DNA of 64,000 nucleotides from Enoplolaimus lenunculus (taxonomy: Eukaryota): assembly GCA_030248215.1 (NCBI GenBank), contig JASANG010000443.1, positions 186,001 to 250,000 on the forward strand. The letters are read 5' to 3'. Position 1 is the stretch's first letter, and each line of letters starts with the position of its first letter. The translations under genes were made by a program, and so were the position numbers. This document shows positions 63,227 through 64,000 of the stretch, in pieces. A model generated the notes under the pieces. The model worked only from the letters and a program-made list of their open reading frames with translations, ran no database searches and was not told where the DNA came from.

Positions 63227-64000
63227 AATTTGTCAAACTTATAATATTTGCGCCTGGTTTGACTCCCGGCAATGGGATGAATCAATATGTAAAACTTGAG
63301 ACATTTGCATCTTAAATATTAAGGCTTGAAATGATTTATAGTGAAGAAATAAATTTCATGAATTTATAAGACACAAATTTCTCTCTTTCAAAACGAATAC
63401 GTCTTATATATCAGATCTGATTTTTAATTTAATATATGTAACAGCTCGTTTTGTTTATATATATTATATCCAAAATCTAAAAAATTTCGATGCAACCGCC
63501 ATCTTCTTTTAAAACTTTATAAAGCCTGATATTCGCAACACATCAATTGTGTTTGCAGAAAAATAAAACATCTTTGAAACTTTCATACTTCAATATTCGT
63601 TTTCCGTTTCTGTTATTTTTTACTATCTGACTACACCCTGATATATATTTACAATTTTAAACCTGCCCTGGTCGCTTCACGTTAAATTCGGAAAACCTTA
63701 GTTAAGTTTCATCTTCTTTAGGCTTGCTTAAAACTGAGATTAGCTGTAGCATTTTAGATTTACTTTTAAACGTAGACTTTCGTTTATAACGGTTTAAGGC
63801 ATACGGGTTTGTGAAATAGACTCGAGCCTTTTAGAAAAAAGGTCCCATGTAAGGATCAGGGGTGGAACGTTTTTCTGTGGGACTAGAATAGAGTAGGCTT
63901 AAGGTTTAGACTAATTTTTTGCTTGGCTAGGCTTACGCTTAGGCTTAGGCTTAGGAATAAACTCATTGTGACGCTATGGCTTAGGCTTAGGCTTAGGAAT

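Noticed and set aside
63841..64000. True chromosome telomere at the window end
   Set aside because: The TTAGGC run follows the MITE left TIR (GGTCCCATGTAAGGATCAGGGG) and has the MITE spacer; it is a copy cut by the window edge.

Overview
AT-rich, repeat-dense eukaryotic (animal) genomic DNA. It is probably nematode, an inference from a PFN-1-like profilin, TTAGGC repeats and TTT(C)CAG splice acceptors. Three protein-coding genes are supportable. (1) The first coding exon of a profilin on the minus strand at the left edge, which the ORF track missed. (2) An SLC1/EAAT-type glutamate transporter whose whole transporter domain plus a long polyQ tail sits in one 3.2-kb exon; two sets of phase-compatible upstream exons (20.5-22.5 kb, and 46.6 kb) suggest alternative N-termini and a possible ~25-kb intron. 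(3) A two-exon SLC22 organic cation/anion transporter with a Ser/Thr-rich loop insertion encoded by repeated TGACGTCA palindromes. The rest is a nested mosaic of non-autonomous DNA transposons, sorted here by termini and target-site duplication (TSD): CACTG/2-bp (CMC-like), GG/8-bp carrying TTAGGC telomere-type arrays (Merlin-like), TTAA piggyBac-like carrying tRNA-type Pol III boxes, TGT..ACA/CCGG Ginger1-like (one with an OTU protease remnant), 7-bp P-like, 3-bp Harbinger-like, TA and hAT-like types. There are also tRNA-like/SINE heads, a decayed LINE fragment and tandem repeats. All calls were made by eye without alignments or database searches, so superfamily labels are inferences. No prokaryotic-type system (CRISPR, operon) is present.
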